A DNA stretch of 64,000 bases from positions 48,546,001-48,610,000 of the forward strand of contig OX597820.1 in the NCBI GenBank assembly GCA_951406725.2. Reading direction: 5' to 3'. The position numbers and the translations under genes are program-made. A model generated the notes under the pieces. It was given only the letters and a program-made list of their open reading frames with translations, ran no database searches and had not been told where the DNA came from. The stretch is from Octopus vulgaris. Taxonomy: Eukaryota. Position 1 is the stretch's first letter. Every line of letters starts with the position of its first letter. Positions 12,839 through 25,572 of the stretch are shown one piece after another.

Positions 12839-14664
12839 GTATGTGTCCTTGCCCCCTAGTGGCATCTCTTCCCTCCCACATCCACGATACCAACCATGCT
12901 CTCCGGCTTTTCAACTCTTTCTCCTTTCCTCCCGGCTCCTCCAAAATCCTTTTTACTATGGACATCCAAAGCCTCTATACTGTTATCCCTCACCACGAAG
13001 GACTGCAGGCCCTTCGACACTTTCTTGACCTCCGCTCTAACCCTGTACCTGACACCTCCACACTCATTCGTCTGGCCGAACTTGTCCTTACTCTGAACTG
13101 CTTCTCGTTCGCGGGCGAGTTCTACCATCAGGTCTCGGGAGTGGCCATGGGAACGCGAATGGGCCCCAACTATGCGAACCTGTTCGTTGGCTATGTTGAG
13201 GCCCAAATATTCTCTAATTTCACTGGTCCCACTCCTGAACTATATGGTCGTTATATTGACGACATTATCGGTGCCACCTCACTCTCCCGCGAACATCTAG
13301 ATTCCTTCCTCTCTTTCGTCCAATCTTTCCATCCAGCCCTCCACTTCACTTCCACTATCTCCAACACCTCTGTCTCCTTCCTCGACATTTCGGTTAGCAT
13401 TCTTCACTCCACTCTTACCACCTCCATTCACTACAAACACACAGACTCACACTCATACCTCAACTTCTCTTCCTCCCACCCAGAACACACCAAGCTTTCC
13501 ATCCCCTATTCCCAATTCCTCCGTCTACGTAGGCTCTGTAGTGACGACCATGACTTTGAGACTCAGTCTCAACGTATGGCTCACCACTTCACCCTACGTG
13601 GATACCCCCTCACCACTACCCACACCGCCCTTGCCAGAGCACGGTCCGTGGACCGTGTATCTGCTCTCTCTCCCCGAACCCGCCCTGTAGTCTCCTGCCT
13701 CCCTTTTCCCCTCACTTACCACCCCACGACCCTACGTTTCCAACGCACCATTCTTCGAGCCTTCCGTCATCTCCAGTCCGACCCGTCCACTTCACACCTC
13801 TTCCCTAACCGACCCCTCCCCTCTTTCAAACGAGCCCACAACCTTCGAGACCTTTTGGTCCATAGCTCCTTCCCTGACCCTACCTCCCAACCCGGCTCGT
13901 TCCCCTGCTCCCGCCCACGTTGCCGCACTTGCCCTTACCTCTCCAACACCACCCGCCTCACTAGCACCCACCATCGACCCTATCCCATCATCCACTCCTT
14001 CACCTGCACCTCCAGCAATATTATCTATTGCATCTCTTGCTCTCTCTGCAATTCCTTGTACATCGGACAAACGGGACGCCGCTTGGCTGACCGGTTCGCG
14101 GAACACCTTCGTGACATCCACCTTGCGAACGACACACCGGTCTCACACCATTTCCGCTCCACCGGTCACTCCTTGCAACACCTATCTGTGTTCGGTTTGT
14201 CCTTACACAGAGGCCATCCGGATTCCCGTTTGCGCCGTGAACAGGAATTAATCTTCTCTCTTCGCTCTTATACGCCATTTGGTCTCAACTCTCCCCCTCC
14301 TCATCTAACCCCCTCTCCCCCTCCTCACCTATCCTTTCTCCCCCCGACCCCTACTTCTTCAGTCCTTCATCCTTTCACCCCTACTCCCCTTCCCTTCTTC
14401 CCTCTTTCTCCCTCCCTCTTCCCCTTCCCTCTGCTCCCTCACTCCCTCTCTCCCCTTCTCTCTCCCTCTCTCCCTCTTTCCTCCTTCATCCCCTCCTCCC
14501 CTTCCTTCTCCCCCATCCTCTCCTCTTCCCCCTTCTCCTCCCCCTCTTCTTCCCCTCCCCTTCTCCCCCTCGTCTCCCCCTCCCCCTCGTCTCCCCCTCC
14601 CCCTCTTCTCCTCACTACACCACATGACTTTACACATCACATCACATATGATGTGCCATACTAA
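12760..14664 (+). CDS. Penelope-like element RT + GIY-YIG endonuclease ORF (Neptune-type), 5'-truncated; true PLE homology spans about 12850-14290
   Basis: RT motifs MDIQSLYTVIPH, QVSGVAMGTRMGPNYANLF, RYIDDI, FLDI and YLNFSSSHP; Cys linker CSRPRCRTC..C; GIY-YIG as IIYCISCSLC..LYIGQTGRRLADRFAEH; terminal GLN. Confidence 0.92.
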   Translation: MTIPKYNNICFNTRSHIKNLAQQICKRMCPCPLVASLPSHIHDTNHALRLFNSFSFPPGSSKILFTMDIQSLYTVIPHHEGLQALRHFLDLRSNPVPDTSTLIRLAELVLTLNCFSFAGEFYHQVSGVAMGTRMGPNYANLFVGYVEAQIFSNFTGPTPELYGRYIDDIIGATSLSREHLDSFLSFVQSFHPALHFTSTISNTSVSFLDISVSILHSTLTTSIHYKHTDSHSYLNFSSSHPEHTKLSIPYSQFLRLRRLCSDDHDFETQSQRMAHHFTLRGYPLTTTHTALARARSVDRVSALSPRTRPVVSCLPFPLTYHPTTLRFQRTILRAFRHLQSDPSTSHLFPNRPLPSFKRAHNLRDLLVHSSFPDPTSQPGSFPCSRPRCRTCPYLSNTTRLTSTHHRPYPIIHSFTCTSSNIIYCISCSLCNSLYIGQTGRRLADRFAEHLRDIHLANDTPVSHHFRSTGHSLQHLSVFGLSLHRGHPDSRLRREQELIFSLRSYTPFGLNSPPPHLTPSPPPHLSFLPPTPTSSVLHPFTPTPLPFFPLSPSLFPFPLLPHSLSPLLSPSLPLSSFIPSSPSFSPILSSSPFSSPSSSPPLLPLVSPSPSSPPPPLLLTTPHDFTHHITYDVPY

Positions 14665-14894
14665 TACACACACCAACTAACACATACTAATACGTACTAA
14701 TACATACTAGTACATACTAATACTTACACCAACCCTTTACATACACACGTCCAGACCCCGCATACGCACTTATACTCTCTCACACACACACACACACACA
14801 CCTATACATACCAATACGTACTAATACATACTAATACATACACCAACCCCATACATACGCACGTCCAGACCAATCCTACGCACTAATACTCTCT

Positions 14895-14925
<31 letters not shown>

Positions 14926-14990
14926 TTATACATACTAATACACACACCAACCCTATACATACACACATCCAGACCCCTCCCACGCACGTT
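14660..14990 (+). repeat. ~110-120-bp imperfect tandem repeat (x~3) in the PLE 3' region
   Basis: Recurring CATACTAATAC..CACCAACCC..CACGTCCAGACC..(CA)n. Confidence 0.7.
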
Positions 14991-15159
14991 TAGCTGGTCC
15001 CTCAACCCTTTTATCAACCCTATTATCTCCCCTTATTTCGCTCTCGCGTCTCATGTTTGATCTTTGACCTCTGGCCGAAACCAGATCGCCATGTTGATTC
15101 GTTAGCTACTGCACGCATTTTTTTCTCTCCTTCTTTCTGTGTTTTTCTCTCTCTGTGTA

Positions 15160-15197
15160 TCTTTCTGTTGAAGAGCGTAGGCTCGAAACGTTAAAGA
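15160..15197 (+). ncRNA. Minimal type I hammerhead-like motif in the PLE terminus (core CUGUUGA)
   Basis: TCTTT-CTGTTGA-A-GAGC gtag GCTC-GAAA-CG-TT-AAAGA: helices I and II paired, palindromic ACGT helix III, GUU triplet. Confidence 0.7.
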
Positions 15198-15294
15198 CTT
15201 GTTTTATTTATATTTCCTGAGCGCCATACTAATACAATTGTTCGTTTGTTTTCCACCTGCCTTCGTCTTTTGTTTATTTTCATAAAGCTTCCCG

Positions 15295-15334
<40 letters not shown>

Positions 15335-15409
15335 GCATTACATGCATTACTACAGTTATTTTTGATCGGGCACTAACTGTTAACCTATTTATACTTTCAT
15401 CATATAGAG

Positions 15410-15740
15410 GAGGAGACCCTCTTCGATCATGAATGACCATGTGATTGCACCTAGAAAGTTACCCTCCGAAGCACAAGTCCGGGAAAGGTTGTTTGTGGAA
15501 GGCCAGCTGTCAGCCATTCATGCCAGTCTTCCCTCTCCACGCCACCGATGTCATCCAAGGGAAAGGCAAAGGCCGATACAGCTTGGTACCAGTGATGTCG
15601 CCACTCATTTCTACAGCTGAGTTAACTGGGGCAATGTGAAATAAAGTGTCTTGCTCAAGAACACAACACGCAACCCGGTCCGGGAATCGAACTCACAACC
15701 TCACGATCGTAAGCTCGATACTCTAACCACTGAGCCATGT
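15410..15740 (-). mobile_element. SINE family B (tRNA-derived), full length
   Basis: Minus-strand head TGGCTCAGTGGTTAGAG..GAGTTCGATTCCC (A and B boxes), followed by GTGTTCTTGAGCAAGACACTT. Confidence 0.85.
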
Positions 15741-18479
15741 ATATACGTATACATGTGTGCTTGTGTGTGTGTATGTGTACGTGTGTGTGTGTGTGTGTGT
15801 GTGCGCGCTGCGGTAAGAAAAAACAGAAACCGAAAAGCTCTCAGAATCATATGTGATACTCATTTGAACAGTAAACGTATGTTGTCCATCCATTTGGACA
15901 AACTAGTATCAAATGATGAAACATTAGCAATATCAAAACATCATTAAAATCCGCCTTACTTCCCATGCGCCACATGAATGGTCGTGTTAATTACCATAAC
16001 TCTTTCTACCTCACACGCGCACACACATACACGTAGAAATATATCACCATTTATCTTGCGCTTTTCCACTGTGTATCATATTAAATGTGGGTGGGTCGGT
16101 GTGCGTGTTTATTAGATTGTTTGTGCATGTTTAGGTATTCTTGATGATGATGGTGATGATGTTAAAGATGCCGATGATAATAATGATGATATTAATGATG
16201 ATAAATTTTAAAAAGGATGATGATGATGACGACACTGACAATGTTGGCGACGATGATGTGAAGTTGAGGTGGTCGATTTTATTAAGGATAGTTGTTACCT
16301 CGTACATAACAATGAGAGAAACAGCAACAGTAGTGAAGATAACTAGTACAAGAAAAACATCTAAGAATATACTGTGAATGTAGGTGGTGATTGTGATGGT
16401 GATGTAAGCGTGGGAGAGAAAGCAGTATAATAACTTTAATAAAATATTTAAAATATCATATTGCCGGAAATAAAATTGAAAATAATCACGTTGAAAACTA
16501 CAGCAGAAATTCTTATAGTTTGATAATAGGCAGAATCATAAAAAATACGATTATTAACAAATACAAGAAATATAGCGATAACAGCAAACTCAGCGCCTAG
16601 ATAATTCGAGTAAAGGTTATAGGGTGTGGGTGTAAGACATTTACGAAATATCCACAAAGTTGGCTGATGTGAGATGAGTGAAAAAGTTCTTATGCTAATG
16701 CTACATGTCTGAAATTATTTGTCGATAGGAATAGTTGATATTGTTAAGAAAATTCCGCCACTAGCAATTAAAATAAACGTTGAGCAATAGAACTTTAGAA
16801 ATAAAAACGGAAGACAGAAATATAAAGAGGTAGAAAGAAGGCAGGTGAAAGGAAAAGCAGAAGAAGGACAGAAAGGGTAAAATAAAAAGAAGTGAACGAA
16901 GTACGAAACGAAAAAACAAAGAAACTAATGGAGAAAGTATCAAAGAATGAACGAAAGGGAAGAAAGAACGAAGGAAGAAGTATGGAGAGAACAAATGAAT
17001 AAAGGAAGAAAGAATGAAAGGAAAAAAGAAATTTTTCAAAATTGTCGGTGATGGAAGTCTAAAACAGGGTTAGAAATAAAGACACATCAAAACATTGAAA
17101 AAGGTAACAAAGATGAAAGATAATAATGAGAAAAATAAGATAAGAGAGAAGGAAGAATTGAATGAAAGTCTTACAAAAAAATACTGCTTTTATCGACATT
17201 TTCTAGAATGGAAATCCACAAGAATTCCTCTATGTTTTTTCATTAACTTTTGTTCTTTTGTTTACAGAATAGAAAAATATTTAAAAGAAAAATACAAATC
17301 TTCCCTATTTCAATTCCTCTGCCTTATTTTAGCCCGAATACTTCATTTCATACACAGAACACCTGTTGTGTTTGCAGCTATTATTTTTTCGTTCTGTTAT
17401 GTGTAGTAGGTTATACAGTTTTATATGGTAGTTTATATGTTTTCTAACAGTTATTTTTTACGTTACTGTTTAATTTTTCTGGTTCTTAGTTCTTTTGCTT
17501 TAGCTTATTATTCAAATTTATCTGCTATTTTTTTCATTCTTTTCAACTTCTAGTTTATTTTTTTAAATCATAGAAGATATGAAAAGATTATCGTCAGCAG
17601 GGTGGGTGAATAATATTTGAATAAAGTTAGTGTACTGGCAATCAGAATCAATAGACTGGTTACAGTTCATGGTTAGAAATATTTCGCATAAATTAGTAAT
17701 GCACAAGCTTAACGCATGAACATCACGAAATATCACGAATCCTTGCCTTTATCCAATTTAGGAAACCATTGCTACAGGACTTGTGAAACCACAATCTTCA
17801 ACTATTCTTTGATAATCATGCCTATCTTAAGTTACTATTTCTATTTAGATGTATTTCTTGTTTTTCTCAATGCAAAAATGAAAGCAGTCCTATGTAATTT
17901 GGGTATGCTGGAGTGGTTTATTTCGTTTCTCTCTTTTGTATTGTGTTAACATTAAATAATATGCGTGCAATGCTTAATAGTTCTCTTTCAGTATATATAA
18001 GCAAAAAATGCATACTTAACGTAAAGAGTACCTCCCAAAACTGTGAAATGAGTGAAAACTGAACACGTAATGGAATGAAAAAGAAATGGAGCATCAAAGG
18101 TACTGCCGAGTGAAAGGCAAAGTAGAAAACTCTAAGGTTAAATAGACCAAAATATGTATGACATGTATTATGCATTAGGGAGTGAGATTCAGAGTTAGTA
18201 ACTCAGGTGGTAGCTATGGATATGATTTGATATTATAAGATCTCATCACTGTAGCTCAATCTTACTTTTATTTAGCAGAATGAGATTTTATTGAAGAAAA
18301 AATTAACTAATTAGTGAGTCAATAAATATACAGTCAGATTTTTTGTGTTATTACAATTCCTTATCATATGAATGTATTACATTCATATTTCCCCCCACAC
18401 ATTCAAAGCGTTGACTAAAATAACTATGCGACAAAAGTTAACAATCTTTTCTAAGCACCGAAGTAATATAGAAAAATAC

Positions 18480-19570
18480 TTTTGGTAATCATGCATGTTT
18501 CTTCACTATACCCCAATATTGGCCAGCTTGAAATGGTTGAAACATGCATCAGTATCTTTAAAAAACAGTCAAACAAAGGTATCATATCCTTTTTTCTCTG
18601 TAAATTATTGAAGTTTGGACAAATCTTTCATCAGGAGACGAGGGGACGCGCCTTGCGTACCGCTATGGCAGTTAATATCACTAATGTCTTTCTGACAAAA
18701 TTTGAGACAGTTAATGAAGACATTCAAATCTCTGCACAATCAAGAACTAACCCCCATGGTTACTTTTCATTGATGAAATATTTGTCTGGGAAAAATCGCT
18801 GAATACAAACAATCATTTTAAGTTCAATATAAAATTCTAGTCGAGGTTTTGAAAAATAGCGTCGAAGATTTAAGTTTGTATAAGGCTAAATAATGACAGA
18901 ATTATTTTTAAAAACCCAAGACATCCTAGATTTACCTTCACCGCCGCTCCGATCATCCACAACATACAATTAAGGCAAATTCGAAAACTCAGTTTTCGAG
19001 GACAAAATTGATTTGTACTGACATAAAAATGCATTTATTGGAAAAATGCATATGCTTTAGTGTGCTATTAGGTCAAACGCAGTTATTATGAATCACGATT
19101 AAAACAAATCGCAAATTACATAGCTAAGATTAATAAGACACGAAAATTCCACGCATGATTCTAGCAGCCAGATTAAAATTTGTGATCGAATGTCTTTAGT
19201 GATTAACTTGCACAGAAATTTAGCTAGCATTTCAAAAATTTCTATGAAAGTTAACAGTATATTTCACAGAAATATCATTTCAAACAACTATTCCCTCATC
19301 CGCCTATTGTAGGCTTTAAACGTAATAAAAACATATACGAGAACTATAAACACTACCTTGAATCTCATAACACCACTATTGAGGTTTCTGAACGCTGTAA
19401 CTCGAAAACCAATCGCAGGGGAGGTAAGCCATCTTCATTGTGCAACAACATGATTCAAGTCAATTCCATCACAAATTATAACAGAAATATTATGATTTAT
19501 ATAGAAGTTTTGATCTGTGAGGATTCCTATTTGGTGTACGCTGTGGAATGCACCAAATAAATATTGCCTG
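18480..19570 (+). pseudogene. Decayed Penelope-like element
   Basis: HVSSLYPNI, QETRGRALRTAMAVNITNVFL, YLHRRSDHPQHT, LFPHPPIVGFKRNKN and LVYAVEC in PLE order, with stops and frameshifts. Confidence 0.7.
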
Positions 19571-19719
19571 ATGCTGGTTGCATAACAGAACAATTGAATT
19601 AATGGTTTAGCGGACATAGGTATGATGTAATATCGATGACGCCATTTGATGTAAAATGTTTGGATCTTGTCACACATTTTAAATCAAAAATCCATACTAG
19701 GTGAAAGAATGTGCACTTT

Positions 19720-20560
19720 GCTGGAACAGAACTCAATCCTGCCATAAGCTCAAAATGTTGTAAAAGGAATCCTTATGGATGCAAACATCCATTACTCATA
19801 AATAGAATGATTGCATAGAATTGTCGAAGCAACCAGAAATACCTGAGTATTGCATGGATAGACTACAGGAAAGTGTTTGATAGTGTCCCACATAATTGGA
19901 TAATCAAATCCCTTGAGATATACAAAATCTTTCCTTCTCCAAATTCTTAGAAGATAGCATGACCAAGTGGAATATACATCTGCTTCTAAACGATAGTAGT
20001 GGGATGAGCTACTCGAACAATATCAACATCAAACGAGGCATGTTTCAAGGTGACTCCCTCTTCTCATTACTCTTTTGCATGGCACTGATCCCACTCTCAA
20101 ACGAACTGAGTAACACTAGGTATGGGTAAGTTTTTTTGTTTTATATGAAGCTTGGCCCACAAGAAAACTATAAATACCTGGGGATAAACGAAGGAGAGAG
20201 TATACAACATGCTACTATGAAGGAAAAAATACTATAGGAGTATTACACAAGAACACGGCTCATACTAAAAGCTGAACTCAGCTCCAAAATTCGCATCGAA
20301 ACCATTAACACCCTGACAAACCAGTAGTCCAATATAGTTTGAACATTGTTAACTGGAACCTTACAGAACTCGAACGCCTGGGCAGGAAGACAAGAAAACT
20401 AATAGCATCTAAGAGCATGCAACCCACTAAAGCAGACGTTCAGCGTCTGTACCTACATAGAGGTAATGGGGTAAGAGGAATGATGCAGGTAGAACTGTGA
20501 TATAAGACCTTCACAATAGCAATGAACAAGTACTTGTCTGATATGAAAGATGAGCTGTAG
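19720..20560 (+). pseudogene. R4/Dong-type RT fragment
   Basis: YGCKHPLLINRMI, LSIAWIDYRKVFDSVPH, GMFQGDSL, YKYLGINE and ADVQRLYL, colinear with 37460-38480; the YMDD region is deleted. Confidence 0.8.
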
Positions 20561-20944
20561 CAAATATTCTGCTCAATGCCACAGATTTGCTTCTTAGTTG
20601 TTTGATCTTAACCAGTTGAGCATGTCCCTCCTTTTTATATACATATGGCTTTATAGGGATGGGCTACTCGACCTGTAGAAAATTGCAACTGAACACCACC
20701 TGCAAGGTCATACGCTGTTTATCTTGATATGAGATAACCATGCTGTGCACATATGTTTGGGATGCATGTGCCTTGTGTATCCTTATCTCGCGGGTAGTCA
20801 TAATGGATATACTAGACTTCGTATATTTTACCCCGGTGTCATTTTGCGGGCATATACTGCTCCCTCACTCAGTAACAACAATAATAATATTCAAATTTCT
20901 GCACGACGCCAGCAAATTCTTTGTTAGAGTAAGCCTATTACGTT

Positions 20945-21042
20945 GACCCTAGTGCTTTACTGGTACTTTTTTTATCGACCCCAAAAGAATGAAAGGCGAA
21001 GTCGACCTCGGAAGTATTAAAACAGGCGAAATACCGCTAAGG
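20945..21042 (-). mobile_element. SINE family A fragment
   Basis: Reverse complement of the family A core. Confidence 0.7.
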
Positions 21043-21049
21043 AAAGGGA

Positions 21050-21520
21050 TGAATGAAGATAAAGAAACTGCAATGGAGTAGCACATGGCATGGGCGAACT
21101 GGTGCTTCAACATTACAAAGTGTTGGAGTGTTTGAATAATTTGGTGGGACAGATAAGAATAATTAGACGCAGTAATTTTTTTCATTAAGGTTGATTTAGA
21201 GGACCTGAAATTTGAAGTACAAAGCATGAATGTTAATATTGAAGGTAACTTAGATGAGACGAATGTGGGAAGCGAGAGAACTGAGAGTTCTCAATGAAAA
21301 TTAATCGAAGAAAAATTTAGTCAACCAATATAATACAGAAAATTAACTACTAAATGTGAGTGAAGGGAGTGGAAAATCAAATGATTGATGATATGGATTT
21401 AGAAGAGTCAGATGAAAATTAATAAGAGAAGGAAAGAAGATCGATTTCAAAACATTGAGTGAACAGTTTCCTGATCCTAAATTCAATAAGATCACTAATG
21501 GTTTGTAGGTGCGTGGTATT
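21050..21520 (-). pseudogene. Decayed CR1/L2-like LINE fragment (may continue to ~22960 between SINEs)
   Basis: Minus-strand pieces resembling LTFSS and KxxVRPxMEYCS; weak. Confidence 0.35.
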
Positions 21521-21569
21521 TCGTTATGCAACCATAATATACTCTAAATATATTCTAAATGTTTTTATA

Positions 21570-21731
21570 GGCGCAGGAGTGGCTGTGTGGTAAGTAGCTT
21601 GCTTACCAACTACATGGTCTCGGGTTCCGTCCCACTGCATGGCACCTTGGGCAAGTGTCTTCTACTATAGCCTCGGGCCGACCTAAGCCTTGTGAGTGGA
21701 TTTGGTTGACGGAAACTGAAAGAAGCCCGTC

Positions 21732-21774
<43 letters not shown>

Positions 21775-21925
21775 TGTGTGTGTGTGTGTATGTTTGTGTG
21801 TCTGTGTTTGTCACCCCAACATCGCTTGACAACCGATGCTGGTGTGTTTACGTCCCCGTCACTTAGCGGTTCGGCAAGAGAGACCGATAGAATAAGTACT
21901 AGGCTTACAAAGAACACATTCCTGG
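21570..21925 (+). mobile_element. SINE family C with internal (TA)n(TG)n
   Basis: tRNA-like head TGGCTGTGTGGTAAG..GGTTCCGTCCC and CCTTGGGCAAGTG; colinear with the copies at 46096 and 61715. Confidence 0.85.
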
Positions 21926-22194
21926 AACTGGTACGTAAATAATAATGATTTGTAGAAGCCTGCTATTTGTCGGAATATAGAGAAAAGTAGTATGGCGAGT
22001 AACGCAGCAAAAATAAACCATTCAATGAAGAATATAAAGGTATTACTGACTATGAGAAAGTTAATTAGCTCTGAAGGGCTTCTGGTTGGTGAATGATTAT
22101 GCATGAAGCGAAGAGAAAAGGTTCAATGTAAGGAACCACGGCGGAAGAGAGGATTCGAGGGTGATGTCACTCAGCTTAAGAAAGATCCATATAA

Positions 22195-22590
22195 GGTGGC
22201 GAGCTGGCAGAAGCGTTAGCGCGTCGGGCGAAATGCCAAGCGGTATTTCGTCTGCCGTTACGTTGTGAGTTCAAATTCCGCCGAGGTCGACTTTACCTTT
22301 CATCCTTTCGGGGTCGATAAATTAAATACCAGTTACACACTGGAGTCAATGTAATCGACTTAATATCTATGTCTGTCTTTGTTTGTCCCCTCTATGTTTA
22401 GCCCCTTTGGCCGTCTGTCGTTATGTTCTGAGTTCAAATTCCGCCAAGGTCGACTTTGCCTTTCATCCATTCGGGGTCGATAACTTAAGTACCAGTTAAG
22501 CACTGGGGTCGATATAATCGACTTGATCCCTTTGTCTGTCCTTGTTTATCCCCTCTGTGTTTAGCCCCTTGTGGACAATAAAGAAATAAT
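22195..22590 (+). mobile_element. SINE family A, one head plus two body units
   Basis: 14-bp TSD AAAGATCCAWATAA at 22181-22194 and 22591-22604. Confidence 0.88.
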
Positions 22591-23181
22591 AAAGATCCAA
22601 ATAAAATGGATATATGCCATAGAGGAAAATGCAAAAGTGCCTAAGCAAAGGTGAAATGACGTATAGGAATGAGGTCTAAAATAAATCCAAATGCTAGAAT
22701 GTAGTGAGAGCAGTGAAATTGCGCATCAAGGCAAATTCCAACGGGAATAGGTGCTTTAAAATCCAATATGATCAGAACATACTGCTCTTTGCAAACCGGA
22801 TGATCGTTAGAACATTGTATATACAAGGGACCACGATAAAGCAAAAATGCGTGCTTACACCTCCACTGGTTTTTATCCAAGAAATATAGGCTTCCAACTA
22901 CTTAGAAATGAAATGGCATCCACACAAACTAGAGTAGGTCCTAGAAAAATAAACTGTGAAATTCTCATGGGACTTCACAATACAGACAAATCGAGTACTT
23001 GGACGTACTGATTTGGAAAAGACATTGTGAGGAAGCGTCTATACGCGCGTTGCTCGCATGTAGATATATTTAGATATAAACATGTATATATGTATATATA
23101 TATATATATATATATACATACATATATGTATGTATTATATATACACATATATATACTGAGATAGAGCGTATATATATACAT

Positions 23182-23216
<35 letters not shown>

Positions 23217-23400
23217 ACGGGAAGGTTTACGAAAATAAACAAAAGACGAAGGCAGGTGGAGTACAAACAAACAAATGTATTAGTATGGCGCTCAGGAATA
23301 GAAATAGAACAAGTCTTATATGTTTCGAGCCTACGCTCTTCGACAGAAAGATACACAGAAAAGAAACAAGGAGAGAAAAAAATGCGTGTAGGAGCTAGCG
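23217..23400 (-). mobile_element. Solo PLE 3' terminus with degenerate hammerhead (23314-23351)
   Basis: Reverse complement of 15110-15296; core reads CTGTCGA-A-GAGC gtag GCTC-GAAA; abuts (TA)n. Confidence 0.8.
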
Positions 23401-23424
23401 GTCCATACATAGAGAGAGTATATC

Positions 23425-23468
<44 letters not shown>

Positions 23469-23504
23469 TACACATATATATATATATGTGCAGAGATAAA
23501 TAGC

Positions 23505-23546
23505 TAGCTAGATAAATAGATAGACTAGATAAATAGACAGACAGGC

Positions 23547-23581
<35 letters not shown>

Positions 23582-23584
23582 TAT

Positions 23585-23658
<74 letters not shown>

Positions 23659-23670
23659 GGATGGATAGAT
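23505..23670. repeat. (GACA)n/(GATA)n microsatellite
   Basis: Direct reading. Confidence 0.95.
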
Positions 23671-25572
23671 AAGAATATCCATTTCATTGATTTATTAAAT
23701 CTTATTGAAATATTTTGACATTCCTTGTCTATAGAGTAACGCAATATCAAATTTTATTTCAATTTTGAGTAACACTTTCTTTCAATTTACCAACAAACGA
23801 CATCATATAATTTCACGCCACCCTGATCCCTCAACCCGGATTGAAATAAACTAATTTTAGTATTCTTATAATCCATCTGAATGATAAAGTGCATTTATAA
23901 AGTAACATTATTTGACAGAGTTTATATTTTAATGAGACCCGACTTAACATTCATAATAATTTTGAAAGCTGTGACAATCTGTCAGTATTATGACTTCGTT
24001 TTATAACATTTTTATGCGGTACTATAAAATATTTGAAGCATTTTGATTAGACTGATTTATACTAATTCCAGTCGTATGGAATTTTGTTTATCTGTTTATC
24101 TTCCTAAAATTCTATGCGTTTCATAAAGTACTCAGACTTCTTTATTGAAGTATCTGCTGCAGTATTTTGTGCATGTTTGGGTGAGCCTATGTGTTTAAGT
24201 GTATGACTATGTGTGAGCGCGTGTGTGTTTTAGCAAGTGTTATATCATTCTCTCGAGTTATAAAATGTTTCATTCATTACAATTAGCTAGCTGATGTACT
24301 GATAGTTACAATGGTTTCCTCTTAGTATTTTCTTTTGTTCGCTATTGAAAAACTTGCATTTATAAAACAGGTTTTTCAATAACGTAATATCACATGCTCA
24401 CTTTGCACATTCGGAGAAATCTGCGGATTATATGAGATGCTATCAAATTCTAAATTATGATTAATTATCAGAACTGTTATTAGTGCCTATCAATCAATAC
24501 GATCCTTCTTTTTGTAAGGATTATACAAAAATCTCATCGGAAGAATATTTTATCAACACGGAAATTTAGAAACCTTAGCTGAGAAGAAGACAATAGTGTC
24601 AAAATTTAATTTACAAAGGCATTCGTAGACAGTGAGCGATAAAAACAAGAAGAAGCTTTTAAAAGGCACAAGTAAGAAAGCGAATGAGCCTATAAAGCCA
24701 GATGTATATAAAAAGGAGGTATTATTTGAAACTGATCGAAACTAATATATGTCAAATACGACACCATGAAGAATCGGCTTTAGAATTCATAACCAACGCA
24801 TAAATAAATTTTTCAAATTTCAAGTAAGAGAAAAATATACAAAAAGAAAAGAAAAACAAGCTTATCAGTATTCATGCAATGGATTCGTCGAAAAATTATA
24901 TGGAATGAATTCCTACACTCATAGTTATTTTGGGTAAAATAATTAAATTTTGATTTACAATATATTTCAGCGCAATAATATGCTTACCTTAATCGATAAT
25001 ATTCTCCGAATTTTGAACCAACCCGTTATTAAGTTTACTTTATAGATTGAGAGAGTTTGTGTCAGCCTTGTTGAACTGTGAAATAGTTTATGTACTTTAG
25101 CTAGTTTGATTAATAGGTCTTGTGCAAATAAAGCTAAACCGATATGTTTCTAGTAAGATGCACTAGTCATATTGAATGTACAATAAATTCTACGGATAAT
25201 ATCATTAGTTTGGAGAGAATATTGAAAAGGTTGCAAAACGCAACGAAAATTTTTGTGAAAATAAATAAATAAATGAGTGGAAGCCAGATCAGTGAGTGTG
25301 TTAAAGGAATATGGTGCTAAAAGAGAATGACTCTCCCCAGACACAATAATATATATATATATACATACATACATAAACATATATATATATATATATGGAT
25401 GTATACACGCACGCATGCACAAAGACACACATACGCACACATATACACACATACATATGATAGTTTAACCAGTTGAGGAAATTAATAAAGTAGAACAAAG
25501 ATATTTTTTAAGAAAACCAATATATATTTATAGAATTTGTTACACATATTCTTACATAAACATTGCAAAATA

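Larger units (their letters stand above)
12850..15296 (+). mobile_element. Penelope-like retroelement, 5'-truncated, ending at (TA)n
   Basis: ORF, then a CT-rich tract, tandem repeats and a terminal segment with a hammerhead motif. The same terminus occurs alone at 23217-23400. Confidence 0.85.

Noticed and set aside
13890-14100. Selenocysteine recoding as reported for some PLE lineages
   Set aside because: The Cys-rich linker and endonuclease are read without in-frame TGA codons.
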